A stretch of DNA of 64,000 nucleotides from Bacteroidales bacterium. Lineage in GTDB: Bacteria; Bacteroidota; Bacteroidia; Bacteroidales; F082. The translations under genes were made by a program, and so were the position numbers. Where the stretch lies: contig JAFYIE010000103.1 in assembly GCA_017538795.1 (NCBI GenBank), positions 111-64,110 on the forward strand, in the 5' to 3' direction. Shown piece by piece: positions 8,832 to 19,155 of the stretch. The notes under the pieces are model-generated. The model searched no databases. It was not told where the DNA came from and saw nothing but the letters and a program-made list of their open reading frames with translations. Numbering within the stretch: position 1 is the first letter of the stretch; every line of letters starts with the position of its first letter.

Positions 8832-10545
8832 TGTCCTTTACGTTCAGTTGCAACGTGGTCTTTCCCTGCCAGAAGTTTTCTTCAATGTAGTAGCACATTG
8901 TGAACGGCTCTTTGTCGTGGATGCGCTCATATAAATCGCCTTTCTGGAATGCAATTCCTGAAAATACACAATCGGTATTGCCTTGCTGCATCACGCTGAG
9001 TTTCAAGTGCTTGCGATTGCCTACTGCACGTGAAAAACCTGCGTCGACGACGTTCTTTGTCAAGAAGACCGGCGACAAGTTGCCTGGTCCGAACGGAGCG
9101 AACTGCTTGAGGATGCGCACAAACTTAGGCGTGATATTCGTGAAATCCATCTCGATGTCAACGTTGAGCTCCGGTGTCAAATCGCTTTCTTCGAGGTGTT
9201 CCGACACATATTTCTCAAATCTTTCAGCGAATTTTTCAAGATTTTCGGGTTTCAACGATAATCCCGCCGCATATTTATGTCCGCCAAAGTGTTCGAGTAA
9301 ATCGGAGCAGTCGTCGATGGCGTCATAGATATCAAAGTTCTTTATTGAACGCGCGGAGCCTGTGATGAGGTTGCCCGAACGTGTCAAAACTATTGTCGGA
9401 CGGTAATACGAGTCTGTGAGTCGCGAAGCCACAATACCGATAACGCCTTTGTGCCAGTTTTCGTTGAAAATCACGGTGCTCTTGGCGTTGCGCAACTTCT
9501 CGTCAGCGTCGATCATCCGAAGTGCTTCCTCGGTGATGGCGTTGTCAAACTCACGTCGTTTCTCGTTGAGGCTGTTGATGCCGGTAGCGAGTTTTTCAGC
9601 ATGGTCGTAGTTGGTGGCAAGAAGCAGTCGCACCGAGTCGCTGGCTTTCTCCAAACGTCCCGCCGCATTGATACGTGGTCCAATAAGAAACACCAAATCG
9701 CTGATTGTCAACTCTCTTTCGAGCGCGTTCTTCTGCTCGGCCTGACGCAAAACAGCCGCAATACCCGGACGCGGGTTCTTGTTGAGCTGAATTAGACCGA
9801 AATAGGCCAAAACTCTGTTTTCGCCAGTGATAGGAACGATATCAGCAGCAATGCTAACTGCCACATAGTCAAGGAGTTCGTAAACTTCTTCTATCGGTCT
9901 GCCAAGCCGCATCGACAAAGCGGTGATGAGTTTGAAGCCGACACCGCAGCCTGAAAGTTCTTTGTAAGGATATTGACAATCAGGACGTTTAGAGTCGAGC
10001 ACGGCCACCGCATTAGGAATCACATCATCAGGACGGTGATGGTCGCAAATGATGAAGTCGACGCCGCGTTGGTTGGCATATTCAATCTTTTCCACAGCTT
10101 TGATGCCACAGTCAAGCACGATAACGAGCCCAAAACCGTTATCAGCGGCGTAATCGATGCCTTTATATGAAATTCCGTATCCCTCTTCGTAACGATCCGG
10201 GATGTAGAACTCAATTTTCTTTTTGTTGACAAAATTCTTTAAATATGTGTAAATCAAGGCGACGGCGGTGGTTCCATCAACATCGTAATCACCGTAAATC
10301 AGAATTTTTTCACCGTCTTTCATCGCTTTTTGCAGTCTGTCGACAGCCTTGTCCATATCCTTCATCAAAAACGGGTCGTGAAGGTGCTCAAGCGACGGTC
10401 TGAAGAAATTTTTAGCCTCCTCGAAGTTGGTAATGCCACGCTGAACCAACAAAATAGCCAGAATCTCGTCAATGCCCAACGACTCTGACAAGCTCCTAAC
10501 TACTTGTTTATCTACATCTTTTGCTAAAATCCAGCGCGTTTCCAA
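8821..10545 (-). CDS. recJ: Single-stranded-DNA-specific exonuclease RecJ
   Basis: 574 aa. It has the DHH-family motifs (IYGDYDVDGTT, DCG, ICDHHRP) and the DHHA1 motif (FGGHKYAAG). Confidence 0.9.
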   Translation of the reverse strand: METRWILAKDVDKQVVRSLSESLGIDEILAILLVQRGITNFEEAKNFFRPSLEHLHDPFLMKDMDKAVDRLQKAMKDGEKILIYGDYDVDGTTAVALIYTYLKNFVNKKKIEFYIPDRYEEGYGISYKGIDYAADNGFGLVIVLDCGIKAVEKIEYANQRGVDFIICDHHRPDDVIPNAVAVLDSKRPDCQYPYKELSGCGVGFKLITALSMRLGRPIEEVYELLDYVAVSIAADIVPITGENRVLAYFGLIQLNKNPRPGIAAVLRQAEQKNALERELTISDLVFLIGPRINAAGRLEKASDSVRLLLATNYDHAEKLATGINSLNEKRREFDNAITEEALRMIDADEKLRNAKSTVIFNENWHKGVIGIVASRLTDSYYRPTIVLTRSGNLITGSARSIKNFDIYDAIDDCSDLLEHFGGHKYAAGLSLKPENLEKFAERFEKYVSEHLEESDLTPELNVDIEMDFTNITPKFVRILKQFAPFGPGNLSPVFLTKNVVDAGFSRAVGNRKHLKLSVMQQGNTDCVFSGIAFQKGDLYERIHDKEPFTMCYYIEENFWQGKTTLQLNVKDIKF

Positions 10546-10565
10546 AATAAAAAATTTTTAACTCG

Positions 10566-10573
10566 CAAAATTA
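10566..10573 (-). promoter_or_regulatory. -7 promoter box TAATTTTG for recJ
   Basis: Exact TAnnTTTG on the minus strand, 21 nt upstream of the recJ ATG. Confidence 0.4.
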
Positions 10574-10671
10574 CGAAATTTAATCTGAAATTCCAAGAAA
10601 AAACGGAATTTTTTTAAATAAAAAATATAAAAAAAGATAACATGCTCAGTATTAAGGAAATACAACCACCC

Positions 10672-10792
10672 CGTCATTTCGACTGAAGCGTAGCGAAATG
10701 GAGAAATCCTTTTTAGGAAGAAACAATATGAAAAAACGATTTATACAATGATTTATCGGATGGAGGATTTCTCGACTACGCTCGAAATGACG
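10672..10792. repeat. Imperfect palindromic REP/MITE-like element, a divergent family member
   Basis: The left arm is CGTCATTTCGACTGAAGCGTAGCGAAATGGAGAAATCCT (10672..10710). The right arm is AGGATTTCTCGACTACGCTCGAAATGACG (10764..10792). The arms are complementary except for two short insertions in the left arm. Confidence 0.7.
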
Positions 10793-10825
10793 TTGATAAA
10801 CAATTGTTTCGTCCCTACAAAAAAA

Positions 10826-10860
10826 ATCTTTAAACTTTACACTTTAAACTATAAACTTTT
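10826..10860 (-). repeat. AGTT-core heptamer array, 4-5 units
   Basis: Plus-strand cores are (ATCT 10826), AACT 10833, CACT 10840, AACT 10847 and AACT 10854. The core pattern is the same as the array at 63588..63622. It ends 3 nt before the purH -7 box. Confidence 0.7.
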
Positions 10861-10863
10861 TAT

Positions 10864-10871
10864 TATATTTG
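10864..10871 (+). promoter_or_regulatory. -7 promoter box TATATTTG for purH
   Basis: Exact TAnnTTTG, 22 nt upstream of the ATG at 10894. Confidence 0.5.
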
Positions 10872-10893
10872 CACTTTAAAACTTTACTCGGTT

Positions 10894-12384
10894 ATGTCGC
10901 CTAAAAAAATTACAAGTGCTTTAATATCAGTATTTTATAAAACTGATCTCGATAAAATAGTCGCTCTTTTGAAAAAGAACGGTGTCCAGATTTATGCTAC
11001 CGGCGGAACGCTTGATTTTATCAAAAAAATCGATGACAGCGTGCGTTCAGTCGAGTCGTTGACCGGCTATCCTTCAATTCTCGGCGGTCGCGTGAAAACC
11101 TTACATCCTAAAGTGTTCGGAGGAATTCTCGGACGTCTTGACAACGAAACGGACCTCGCCGAGATGAAACAATATGAAATTCCGGCTCTCGACCTCGTTA
11201 TCGTCGACCTATATCCTTTCGAGGAGACTGTCCGCAACACCAACGACGAAGCGCAAATCATCGAAAAGATTGACATCGGCGGCATCTCGCTCATTCGTGC
11301 CGGCGCGAAAAACTTCAAAGACTGCCTCATCGTGCCATCTTCAAACTACTACAAGGAATTCATGGAGATGTACGAGAAACAAAACGGCTGCACCACTTTG
11401 GATGACAGAAAACGCTTCGCGAAATACGCTTTTGCGACAAGTTCGCACTACGATACGGCTATTTACAACTGGTTCTCGGGCGAGACAGTTACACCTCTCA
11501 GATATGGCGAAAATCCTCATCAACAGGCTGTTTTCAACGGAAACCTTGATGATGTTTTCGAGAAGTTGCATGGTAAAGACTTGTCCTACAACAACTTACT
11601 TGACCTCGACGCAGGTTTGAACCTTATTCGCGAGTTCGACGAACCGACATTCGCTATTTTGAAACATAATAACCCTTGCGGAATTGCTTCAAAACCTTCA
11701 ATATCAGAGGCTTACGACGCTGCTTTGGCCGGCGATCCTGTCTCGGCATTCGGCGGAGTGTTCGTCAGCAACCGCGTAATCGACGTGAAGACGGCCGAAG
11801 AGATGAACAAAATGTTTTTCGAAGTGTGCGTGGCTCCAGGTTACGACGAAGGCGTGCTCGACATTCTCTTCTCGAAGAAAAACCGCATCGTGCTGAAGCT
11901 GAAATCAAATAAATTCCCGACAAAGGTTTATAAATCGGCGCTTAACGGCATCCTCGAGCAGGAACGTGACCTTCACATGGAGACAAAAGACGATTTCAAA
12001 GCTGTAACGGACAAACTTGTTGATAATAAAGATGTTGACGACCTGATTTTCGCTAATAAAATAGTGAAACACAGCCGTTCAAACGCTATAGTTTTGGCTA
12101 AAAACAAACAACTTTACGCTTCAGGTATCGGCCAGACCTCACGTGTCGACTCGCTGCGTCAGGCTATCGCCAAGGCAAAGAGCTTCAACTTCGACCTCAA
12201 CGGCGCTGTGTTGGCATCCGACGCCTTCTTCCCGTTCTCCGACTGCGTGGAGATTGCGAGCGAAGCAGGTATCAAATCGATAATTCAACCAGGCGGCTCA
12301 GTGCGCGACCAAGAGTCGATTGACGCTTGCAACAAACTAGGAATAGCCATGGTTTTCACAGGATACAGACATTTCAAACATTAA
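10894..12384 (+). CDS. purH: Bifunctional AICAR transformylase / IMP cyclohydrolase
   Basis: 496 aa. The N-terminal MGS-like domain (ALISVFYKTDL..ATGGT) and the AICARFT core (GGISLIRAGAKNF, LRYGENPHQ) are both present. Confidence 0.93.
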   Translation: MSPKKITSALISVFYKTDLDKIVALLKKNGVQIYATGGTLDFIKKIDDSVRSVESLTGYPSILGGRVKTLHPKVFGGILGRLDNETDLAEMKQYEIPALDLVIVDLYPFEETVRNTNDEAQIIEKIDIGGISLIRAGAKNFKDCLIVPSSNYYKEFMEMYEKQNGCTTLDDRKRFAKYAFATSSHYDTAIYNWFSGETVTPLRYGENPHQQAVFNGNLDDVFEKLHGKDLSYNNLLDLDAGLNLIREFDEPTFAILKHNNPCGIASKPSISEAYDAALAGDPVSAFGGVFVSNRVIDVKTAEEMNKMFFEVCVAPGYDEGVLDILFSKKNRIVLKLKSNKFPTKVYKSALNGILEQERDLHMETKDDFKAVTDKLVDNKDVDDLIFANKIVKHSRSNAIVLAKNKQLYASGIGQTSRVDSLRQAIAKAKSFNFDLNGAVLASDAFFPFSDCVEIASEAGIKSIIQPGGSVRDQESIDACNKLGIAMVFTGYRHFKH

Positions 12385-12397
12385 AAAAAATAATAAA

Positions 12398-13420
12398 ATG
12401 GGATTATTTTCATTCTTCGATAAAGAGGTGGCAATCGACCTCGGTACAGCTAACACCATCATTATGTACAACGACAAAGTGGTGGTCGACGAGCCGTCAA
12501 TCGTTGCCATAAAACGTGATACACAGCAAATCATGGCGGTGGGAAAACGCGCTATGATGATGCACGGAAAGACTCACGAAAATATCAAAACCATCAGACC
12601 TCTGCGTGACGGTGTTATCGCCGACTTCCAGGCAGCTGAATTCATGCTGAGAGAGATGATAAAGATGATAAACTTCCACAACAGCATATTCCCTCCGGCG
12701 TTGAAGATGGTTATCTGCATCCCTTCAGGTATCACAGAGGTTGAGGAGAGAGCCGTTAAAGACAGCGCGGAACAGGCTGGCGCTAAGGAAGTCAGACTTA
12801 TCCACGAGCCAATGGCAGCAGCTATCGGTATCGGCATCGACGTGCTCGAGCCAATGGGTAACATGATTGTAGATATCGGAGGCGGAACATCGGAAATAGC
12901 GGTTATCGCACTCGGTGGCATCGTCACAAATAAGTCAATTCGTATCGCTGGCGACGACTTTACCGACGAAATCGTGGAATATATGCGTAAGGAACATAAT
13001 CTCAATGTTGGTGAACGTACCGCTGAGCTTATCAAAATAGAGGTTGGCGCCGCTATCCAAGAGCTCGACAACCCACCTGAGGACTACGCTGTCCACGGCC
13101 GCGACATGCTCACCGGTATCCCTAAAGAAATAAAAGTTAACTACAAGGAAATCGCACATTGCCTCGATAAGAGCGTTTCGAAGATCGAGACAGCGGTTCT
13201 TAACACTCTTGAGACGACGCCTCCTGAGCTTTCAGCTGATATCTACCGCACAGGTATCTACCTGACGGGCGGCGGCGCATTGTTGAGAGGTCTCGACAAA
13301 CGTCTGCACGACAGAACACAGCTTCCTATCCATGTGGCCGAAGACCCACTTCGCGCAGTGGCTCGCGGCACAGGCATAGCTCTGAAAAACTTCGACGGCT
13401 TCCCGTTCCTGATAAAGTAA
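12398..13420 (+). CDS. mreB: Rod-shape-determining actin homologue MreB
   Basis: 340 aa with actin-fold motifs (IDLGTANT, DIGGGTSE, LTGGGALLRGLD). Confidence 0.95.
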   Translation: MGLFSFFDKEVAIDLGTANTIIMYNDKVVVDEPSIVAIKRDTQQIMAVGKRAMMMHGKTHENIKTIRPLRDGVIADFQAAEFMLREMIKMINFHNSIFPPALKMVICIPSGITEVEERAVKDSAEQAGAKEVRLIHEPMAAAIGIGIDVLEPMGNMIVDIGGGTSEIAVIALGGIVTNKSIRIAGDDFTDEIVEYMRKEHNLNVGERTAELIKIEVGAAIQELDNPPEDYAVHGRDMLTGIPKEIKVNYKEIAHCLDKSVSKIETAVLNTLETTPPELSADIYRTGIYLTGGGALLRGLDKRLHDRTQLPIHVAEDPLRAVARGTGIALKNFDGFPFLIK

Positions 13421-13433
13421 TCGGGAGTGTGAG

Positions 13434-14234
13434 ATGTATAACTTATTCATTTTCATAAAAAAATATAACGCGGTAATACTTTTTATTCTGCTTGAAATGC
13501 TGTGCTTTATCATGGTGGTGCATAGCCTTCCTTATCAGAATAGAAAGCTGGTGAACGTGTCGAACAGCATCGCCGGAGGTTTTCATAAAACCACGTCGAA
13601 CTGGAGCGACTACATTCATCTCAAAGGCGAAAACGAGGCTCTTCTCGAACATAACGCATTGCTGCTTAGCAGATTAGGATGTGACGAGGTGGAAGCCGAC
13701 ACTGTTTATTACGACGACATGTTCTCTTATATTCCAGCTCATGTTGTGAATAACAGCATTTATGAATTGAATAATTATATAGTCATCGACAAAGGCAGCG
13801 TCGACGGCATCGAGCCTGATATGGGCGTGATTTGCAGCGACGGCGTCGTGGGGAAGGTTCTCAATGTAAGCACACACTATGCCTCGGTGATGAGTTTGCT
13901 TAACTCTTACTCGATTTTAAGCTGTAGATTTACTGATAATCAATATGTTGCGAATGTTGTATGGGATAATGGCAGCTATCGTTACGGACTGGCGAAAGAC
14001 ATCCCGTCACACCTTATTATTAATGCTGGCGACACCTTGGTTACAAGCGGATTTTCAACATCATTCCCAGCAGATGTTATGGTTGGCACAATAGAAGAGT
14101 ACGGAAATGATGAAAATAGCATGTTCAGCACGGCGAAACTGAGGTTTTCGACGAATTTCAGCACTCTGCGTCATGTTTATGTCGTGAAAAATAATTTCAA
14201 AGCGGAAATAGATTCGTTATGTATAGCCCAGTGA
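13434..14234 (+). CDS. mreC: Rod-shape-determining protein MreC
   Basis: 266 aa. It has an N-terminal TM segment, a coiled-coil (ENEALLEHNALL) and a beta-rich C-terminal domain. It sits between mreB and mreD. Confidence 0.82.
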   Translation: MYNLFIFIKKYNAVILFILLEMLCFIMVVHSLPYQNRKLVNVSNSIAGGFHKTTSNWSDYIHLKGENEALLEHNALLLSRLGCDEVEADTVYYDDMFSYIPAHVVNNSIYELNNYIVIDKGSVDGIEPDMGVICSDGVVGKVLNVSTHYASVMSLLNSYSILSCRFTDNQYVANVVWDNGSYRYGLAKDIPSHLIINAGDTLVTSGFSTSFPADVMVGTIEEYGNDENSMFSTAKLRFSTNFSTLRHVYVVKNNFKAEIDSLCIAQ

Positions 14235-14731
14235 TACGCAATATAATACGATTTATAAGTCTGCTTATGGCTCAGGTGTTTATATTCGATAACATCCGCT
14301 TCGGCAACTACATTCACCCGTATGTTTATATGCTTTTTGTGATGCTGCTTCCTTTCGAGACTCCGAAATGGCGCTTGATTTTGGACGGTTTCTTAATGGG
14401 AATGTCTATCGATATTTTCAGCGGAACGCCGGGTTTGAACGCCGCGGCGACAGTGTTTATGGCGTACGTGAGACCTTATGTCATAAACGCCATGACCCGA
14501 AAAAGCGATATTGAAGACAAAACGGAGCCTTCAGTTACAGAAATGGGTGTGAACTGGTTTTTTGTTTACGGATTATTGCTTTTAATCTTGCATAATCTGG
14601 TACTTTTCTGGCTCGAAGCGTTCAGTATCAAGTTGTTAGGAATAGTTTTACTCGAGGTTCTGTTGAGCGCCCCGATATCTTTAATAGTGATAATTTTAAT
14701 AATATACATTTTTAAACCTATAAAAAAATAG
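14219..14731 (+). CDS. mreD: Rod-shape-determining protein MreD
   Basis: 170 aa, polytopic and hydrophobic. It overlaps the mreC end by 16 nt in the canonical mreBCD order. Confidence 0.7.
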   Translation: MYSPVIRNIIRFISLLMAQVFIFDNIRFGNYIHPYVYMLFVMLLPFETPKWRLILDGFLMGMSIDIFSGTPGLNAAATVFMAYVRPYVINAMTRKSDIEDKTEPSVTEMGVNWFFVYGLLLLILHNLVLFWLEAFSIKLLGIVLLEVLLSAPISLIVIILIIYIFKPIKK

Positions 14732-14736
14732 ATAAT

Positions 14737-15738
14737 ATGAAAAAATTATTAATCGCAGTTTTGATGCTGACAAGCATGGTTTCATGTACTAAATCATTCA
14801 AAATCAATGTAAATCTTGAAAATTCAACAGGAAAGACTGTTTATCTTCAACAATATGATGGAACAACTTTGAATAACATAGATTCTGTCGTCGCAAAAGA
14901 TAACATGGCTGTTTTTAAAGTGAAACAAAGCCAAAATATGGACGCATACAACATCATGATCAAGGGTTGGAGACGTTCACTGACAGTTTTTGCTGATAAT
15001 CAGGATGTTACTATAACCGGTGACTATCAAAAATATAACGGAATCAATGTTTCGGCTTCTGAAACCCAGGAGAAACTTAACAATTTTACAAAAAAAGTCG
15101 ACAAAATTGAAGACGAGCAGGAAATTTACTATTTTGTGATGGATTTTGCGAAACAAAACATTGATAATCCTGTAAGCGCTTATGCGTTATACCGTTACAA
15201 ATGGGCTTTCTCACTTGAGGATCTGGAACGTCTTGATGAAGCTATGCCACAAGACATGCAAAGCGCATACAAAAACCTTCTGAGTGAATATATAAACGCT
15301 CTTCGAAGAACTCTTCCGGGTAATAAATTCATCGATTTCACACAAAAAGACGTGAACGGCAACGATTTCACGATGTCGAACATGATGGGCTCAGCCAAGA
15401 TTATAATCCTCGATTTCTGGGCTTCATGGTGCCCTGACTGCCGTAAGGAAAACCCGAACCTTGTCGCTATTTATAAAGAATTCAAAGACAAAGGCCTTGA
15501 CATCGTAAGCGTTTCTCTTGACACCGACGCCGAAGCATGGAAAAAAGCTATAGCCGACGACAATCTTATATGGAAAAACCATGTTTCCGACCTTAAAGGA
15601 TGGAAAAACGTCGTCGCGGAACAATACACCATCTCTTTTATCCCGCAAAATCTGATTCTCGACGGAAATGGCTTGATTTTAGAGAAAAACTTGCCTTTTG
15701 AGAAGATGAGAGAATTGATTTCGTCGTACCTTAAATAA
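14737..15738 (+). CDS. TlpA/thioredoxin-family thiol-disulfide oxidoreductase lipoprotein
   Basis: 333 aa. It has a lipoprotein signal (LTSMVSC), an N-terminal beta domain and a C-terminal thioredoxin fold with active site WASWCPDC. Confidence 0.82.
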   Translation: MKKLLIAVLMLTSMVSCTKSFKINVNLENSTGKTVYLQQYDGTTLNNIDSVVAKDNMAVFKVKQSQNMDAYNIMIKGWRRSLTVFADNQDVTITGDYQKYNGINVSASETQEKLNNFTKKVDKIEDEQEIYYFVMDFAKQNIDNPVSAYALYRYKWAFSLEDLERLDEAMPQDMQSAYKNLLSEYINALRRTLPGNKFIDFTQKDVNGNDFTMSNMMGSAKIIILDFWASWCPDCRKENPNLVAIYKEFKDKGLDIVSVSLDTDAEAWKKAIADDNLIWKNHVSDLKGWKNVVAEQYTISFIPQNLILDGNGLILEKNLPFEKMRELISSYLK

Positions 15739-15874
15739 AAAAATTTGTTGCTTTACGCAGCAAAAACAATATTTTGACGTTATATAATAAATTTTAGACT
15801 TAGTCCAACTAATATCTAAATTTTAAATTTTTGAAAAAAAATTAATTTTTTTCTTACATGTAAAAAAATTTTAC

Positions 15875-15882
15875 TATTTTTG
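15875..15882 (+). promoter_or_regulatory. -7 promoter box TATTTTTG for the ABC efflux operon
   Basis: Exact TAnnTTTG, 26 nt upstream of the ATG at 15908. Confidence 0.45.
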
Positions 15883-15907
15883 CAGTGTCTTAGATACGTA
15901 GTACACT

Positions 15908-16615
15908 ATGATAAAACTTGAAAATATAAACAAAACTTATTTCGGAGCGCAGCCTCTGCACGTGCTGAAAGGCATCGACCTGAATGTTGAGGAAGGCGAG
16001 TTGGTGTCGATCATGGGCGCTTCCGGTTCGGGTAAGTCTACCTTATTAAATATAATAGGTATCCTCGACAACTACGACGAGGGCGATTATTATCTTGCCG
16101 GAAAATTGGTGAAAAACCTTTCGGAAAACCAGGCCGCGGAGTTTCGCAACAAGCTCATCGGGTTTATTTTCCAGTCGTTTAACCTGATTTCGTTCAAGAC
16201 AGCTCTCGAAAACGTGGCGTTGCCGTTGTTTTATCAAGGTGTGAGCCGCAAGAAACGCAACATGATGGCGATGGAATATCTCGAGCGTTTCGGATTGAAA
16301 AACTGGGCCGACCATTATCCTAACGAGCTTTCCGGAGGTCAGAAACAGCGTGTTTCAATAGCAAGGGCACTGGTGACTTCGCCGAAAATCATTCTCGCCG
16401 ACGAGCCGACAGGTGCTTTGGACAGCAAGACATCGGCCGAAGTGATGCAGATCCTTCGTGAGGTGAACGCCACCGGAATCACTATGGTGATAGTGACGCA
16501 CGAACGCGGAATAGCCAACCTTACAAAGAAAATCGTGCATCTGAAAGACGGTTTGATAGAATCTGTCGAGGAAAACGACCCTGATAAAATGGACTTCACA
16601 AAGGAGATAAAGTAA
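15908..16615 (+). CDS. ABC transporter ATP-binding protein (MacB/LolD type)
   Basis: 235 aa with Walker A GASGSGKST, signature LSGGQKQR and Walker B ILADEPTGALD. Confidence 0.9.
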   Translation: MIKLENINKTYFGAQPLHVLKGIDLNVEEGELVSIMGASGSGKSTLLNIIGILDNYDEGDYYLAGKLVKNLSENQAAEFRNKLIGFIFQSFNLISFKTALENVALPLFYQGVSRKKRNMMAMEYLERFGLKNWADHYPNELSGGQKQRVSIARALVTSPKIILADEPTGALDSKTSAEVMQILREVNATGITMVIVTHERGIANLTKKIVHLKDGLIESVEENDPDKMDFTKEIK

Positions 16616-17871
16616 TGTTTAACAGAGATTTTTGGTCGGAGATTTTCATGGCGCTCAGACGTAACAAACTGAGAACCATTCTCACCGGATTCGCCATTTC
16701 GTGGGGAATCTTCATGCTGATCATCCTGCTTTCGGCCGGCAACGGACTGAAAAACGGCGTCACCAGCAACTTCGCCGACCGAATCAAAAACACCTACACT
16801 ATTTGGTCGAGCTCAACCGAACTTCCTTACAAAGGACATAAAGCCGGACGCTTTATCATGATGAGCAACAAGGACGTACAACTTTTTGAATCGTTACATC
16901 AAGTTGAGGAAGTATCACCGACGATGTCGAAAGGCGGCACACTCATCTTCGGCGAGAAGTCAAGAACCATCGGTTTGGAGGGAGTGAAGCCGATATATAA
17001 AAATATCGAAGGTATAAAGATTCTGGAAGGCCGTTTCATCAATGAAAACGACATGAAAAACAAGACGAAAGTTGTTGTTATTGACGTGGATTCCAATGAT
17101 GAGCTCCTGCGCAATACAGAAGAGATCACTTTAGTAGGTAAAACGGTGTTTATCAATGGTTTAAGTTTTACAGTGGTGGGAGTCTGCAAAGTTAATATGT
17201 GGGGTGAACGCGGCATGGCTTATGCTCCGTATGCAACGTTGCAGGCTATTTATAATAATAATGATTGTTATCAAATAACCTTCACCACAAAAGGCCTTGA
17301 TACAAAAGAAGACAACGAGGCGTTTAAGATAGAGTTGAAGAGAAAAATCGCGGCATTGCACGAATTCTCGCCTGAAGACAAACGTGGCGTGTGGATCGAC
17401 AGCCATATGCTTGATTCATTGGAAACCATGAGGATTTTCAACACTATCAACATTTTTATCTGGGTTATCGGCATTGCGATGTTGATATCTGGAGTTGTTG
17501 GTGTCAGCAACATTATGCGAATCACTGTAAAGGAAAGGACTAATGAAATCGGAATTCGCAAAGCTTTGGGCGCAAAACCTCGTTCAATACTTCTTTCGAT
17601 AATAATGGAATCGCTCGTAATCACCACAATATTCGGGTATATCGGCATGGTGTGCGGCATAGGCGTGATGGAGCTTGTGAACATGGCTATGGAAGCCAGC
17701 GGAGAGCTGAGCGACGGCAACGGAATGTCGGTGTTTGTAAACCCAACAGTTGACATAACAATAGTTGTGATGGCAACAGTTGTGCTGATTATCAGCGGCG
17801 TGGCCGCCGGTTTCGCGCCAGCATGGAATTCAGTGAAAGTTAAACCAATAGAAGCAATGAACTACAGATAA
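16615..17871 (+). CDS. ABC transporter permease, FtsX/MacB type
   Basis: 418 aa. One N-terminal TM is followed by a large periplasmic domain and a C-terminal FtsX 3-TM bundle (ERTNEIGIRKALGA). Confidence 0.85.
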   Translation: MFNRDFWSEIFMALRRNKLRTILTGFAISWGIFMLIILLSAGNGLKNGVTSNFADRIKNTYTIWSSSTELPYKGHKAGRFIMMSNKDVQLFESLHQVEEVSPTMSKGGTLIFGEKSRTIGLEGVKPIYKNIEGIKILEGRFINENDMKNKTKVVVIDVDSNDELLRNTEEITLVGKTVFINGLSFTVVGVCKVNMWGERGMAYAPYATLQAIYNNNDCYQITFTTKGLDTKEDNEAFKIELKRKIAALHEFSPEDKRGVWIDSHMLDSLETMRIFNTINIFIWVIGIAMLISGVVGVSNIMRITVKERTNEIGIRKALGAKPRSILLSIIMESLVITTIFGYIGMVCGIGVMELVNMAMEASGELSDGNGMSVFVNPTVDITIVVMATVVLIISGVAAGFAPAWNSVKVKPIEAMNYR

Positions 17872-19136
17872 TGTTTGATTTAGATAGTTTAAACGAGATT
17901 TGGCAGACTATAGCCCGCAACAAGACACGAAGCCTCTTGACAGCGTTCGGTGTGTTCTGGGGTATCTTCATCTTGGTGATACTTTTGGCCTGCGGCAACG
18001 GCTTCGATAACGGCATCCGCAGTCAGGTCGAAGGATTCTCAACTAATTCTACATTTATGATTCCGAGTTTGACAACAGAAGCGTATAATGGTTATCAAAA
18101 AAATCGTTCCTGGAGCTTGAATTTGTCGGATATCGAAGCCATTAAAAGAAAAGTCAAGGGTGTGGATATGATTTCGCCTATTTCGAGTGTGTATACGTAT
18201 AACGGCGAAAATAATGTTTTTTATGGCATAAAAGGCGGCAATTTCGGCATGAAAGGCGTGCAGCAAAATTATAACGATATCGATAGAAGCAAGGTGATTT
18301 ACGGACGATTCATCAATGAAACAGATATAAACGAGGCCAGAAAAGTCTGCGTCTTGGGAAAAAAAGTGTACGAAGACCTTGTTGGCGCCGACAAAAATCC
18401 TCTCGGCCTGATGATAAAGGCAAACGGCATTTATTATCAAGTGGTTGGAGTTATAGAGGCGTACAATGGCAATATAAGTGTTGGCGGTTCGATGGACGAA
18501 ACAGTGATTTTGCCTCTTTCAACCATGCAGATAGCCTACCACACTGGCGACAAATTCGATTTCTTTGTGTTTACCACCGCAAGAGGTTACAATACAAAGG
18601 ATTTACAGGAGGAGGTCAAGACGTTATTGCGTGAGCGTCACGACATCGCCCCGACTGACGAAGGCGCTTTTATGTGCTTCGATTTCGAGCAGTTGTTTAT
18701 GGTTTTCGAATATCTGTTCCTCGGAATTAAGATATTGATTTGGATTGTGGGCATCGGCACCCTCCTTTCGGGTGTTGTAGGCGTGAGCAACATCATGCTG
18801 GTGACTATCAAAGAGAGAACACGTGAAATTGGCGTGCGGCGCGCTCTTGGCGCAAAACCGGCTCTAATCATACGTCAGGTGGTGGCCGAGAGTTTGCTGT
18901 TGACGATTTTAGCGGGTATCGTGGGGCTTGTGATAGGTGTGGCGATAATGGCTGTTGTTGCTGGATTTGTTGGAAACGCACCATCTGAAAACGTGATGTT
19001 CATCGACCCGCAGATTGGGTTCGGAGCAGCAATCGCCGCAACAATAATCATAGTTTTGTCAGGATTGCTCGCAGGTGTGCTTCCGGCAACGAGAGCGATT
19101 CAAATTAAAGCAATAGACGCAATTAGAGAAGAATAA
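17871..19136 (+). CDS. ABC transporter permease, FtsX/MacB type (second paralogue)
   Basis: 421 aa with the same architecture (ERTREIGVRRALGA). Its start is coupled to the upstream stop. Confidence 0.85.
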   Translation: MFDLDSLNEIWQTIARNKTRSLLTAFGVFWGIFILVILLACGNGFDNGIRSQVEGFSTNSTFMIPSLTTEAYNGYQKNRSWSLNLSDIEAIKRKVKGVDMISPISSVYTYNGENNVFYGIKGGNFGMKGVQQNYNDIDRSKVIYGRFINETDINEARKVCVLGKKVYEDLVGADKNPLGLMIKANGIYYQVVGVIEAYNGNISVGGSMDETVILPLSTMQIAYHTGDKFDFFVFTTARGYNTKDLQEEVKTLLRERHDIAPTDEGAFMCFDFEQLFMVFEYLFLGIKILIWIVGIGTLLSGVVGVSNIMLVTIKERTREIGVRRALGAKPALIIRQVVAESLLLTILAGIVGLVIGVAIMAVVAGFVGNAPSENVMFIDPQIGFGAAIAATIIIVLSGLLAGVLPATRAIQIKAIDAIREE

Positions 19137-19155
19137 TAATTAAAATTGTAGAAAT

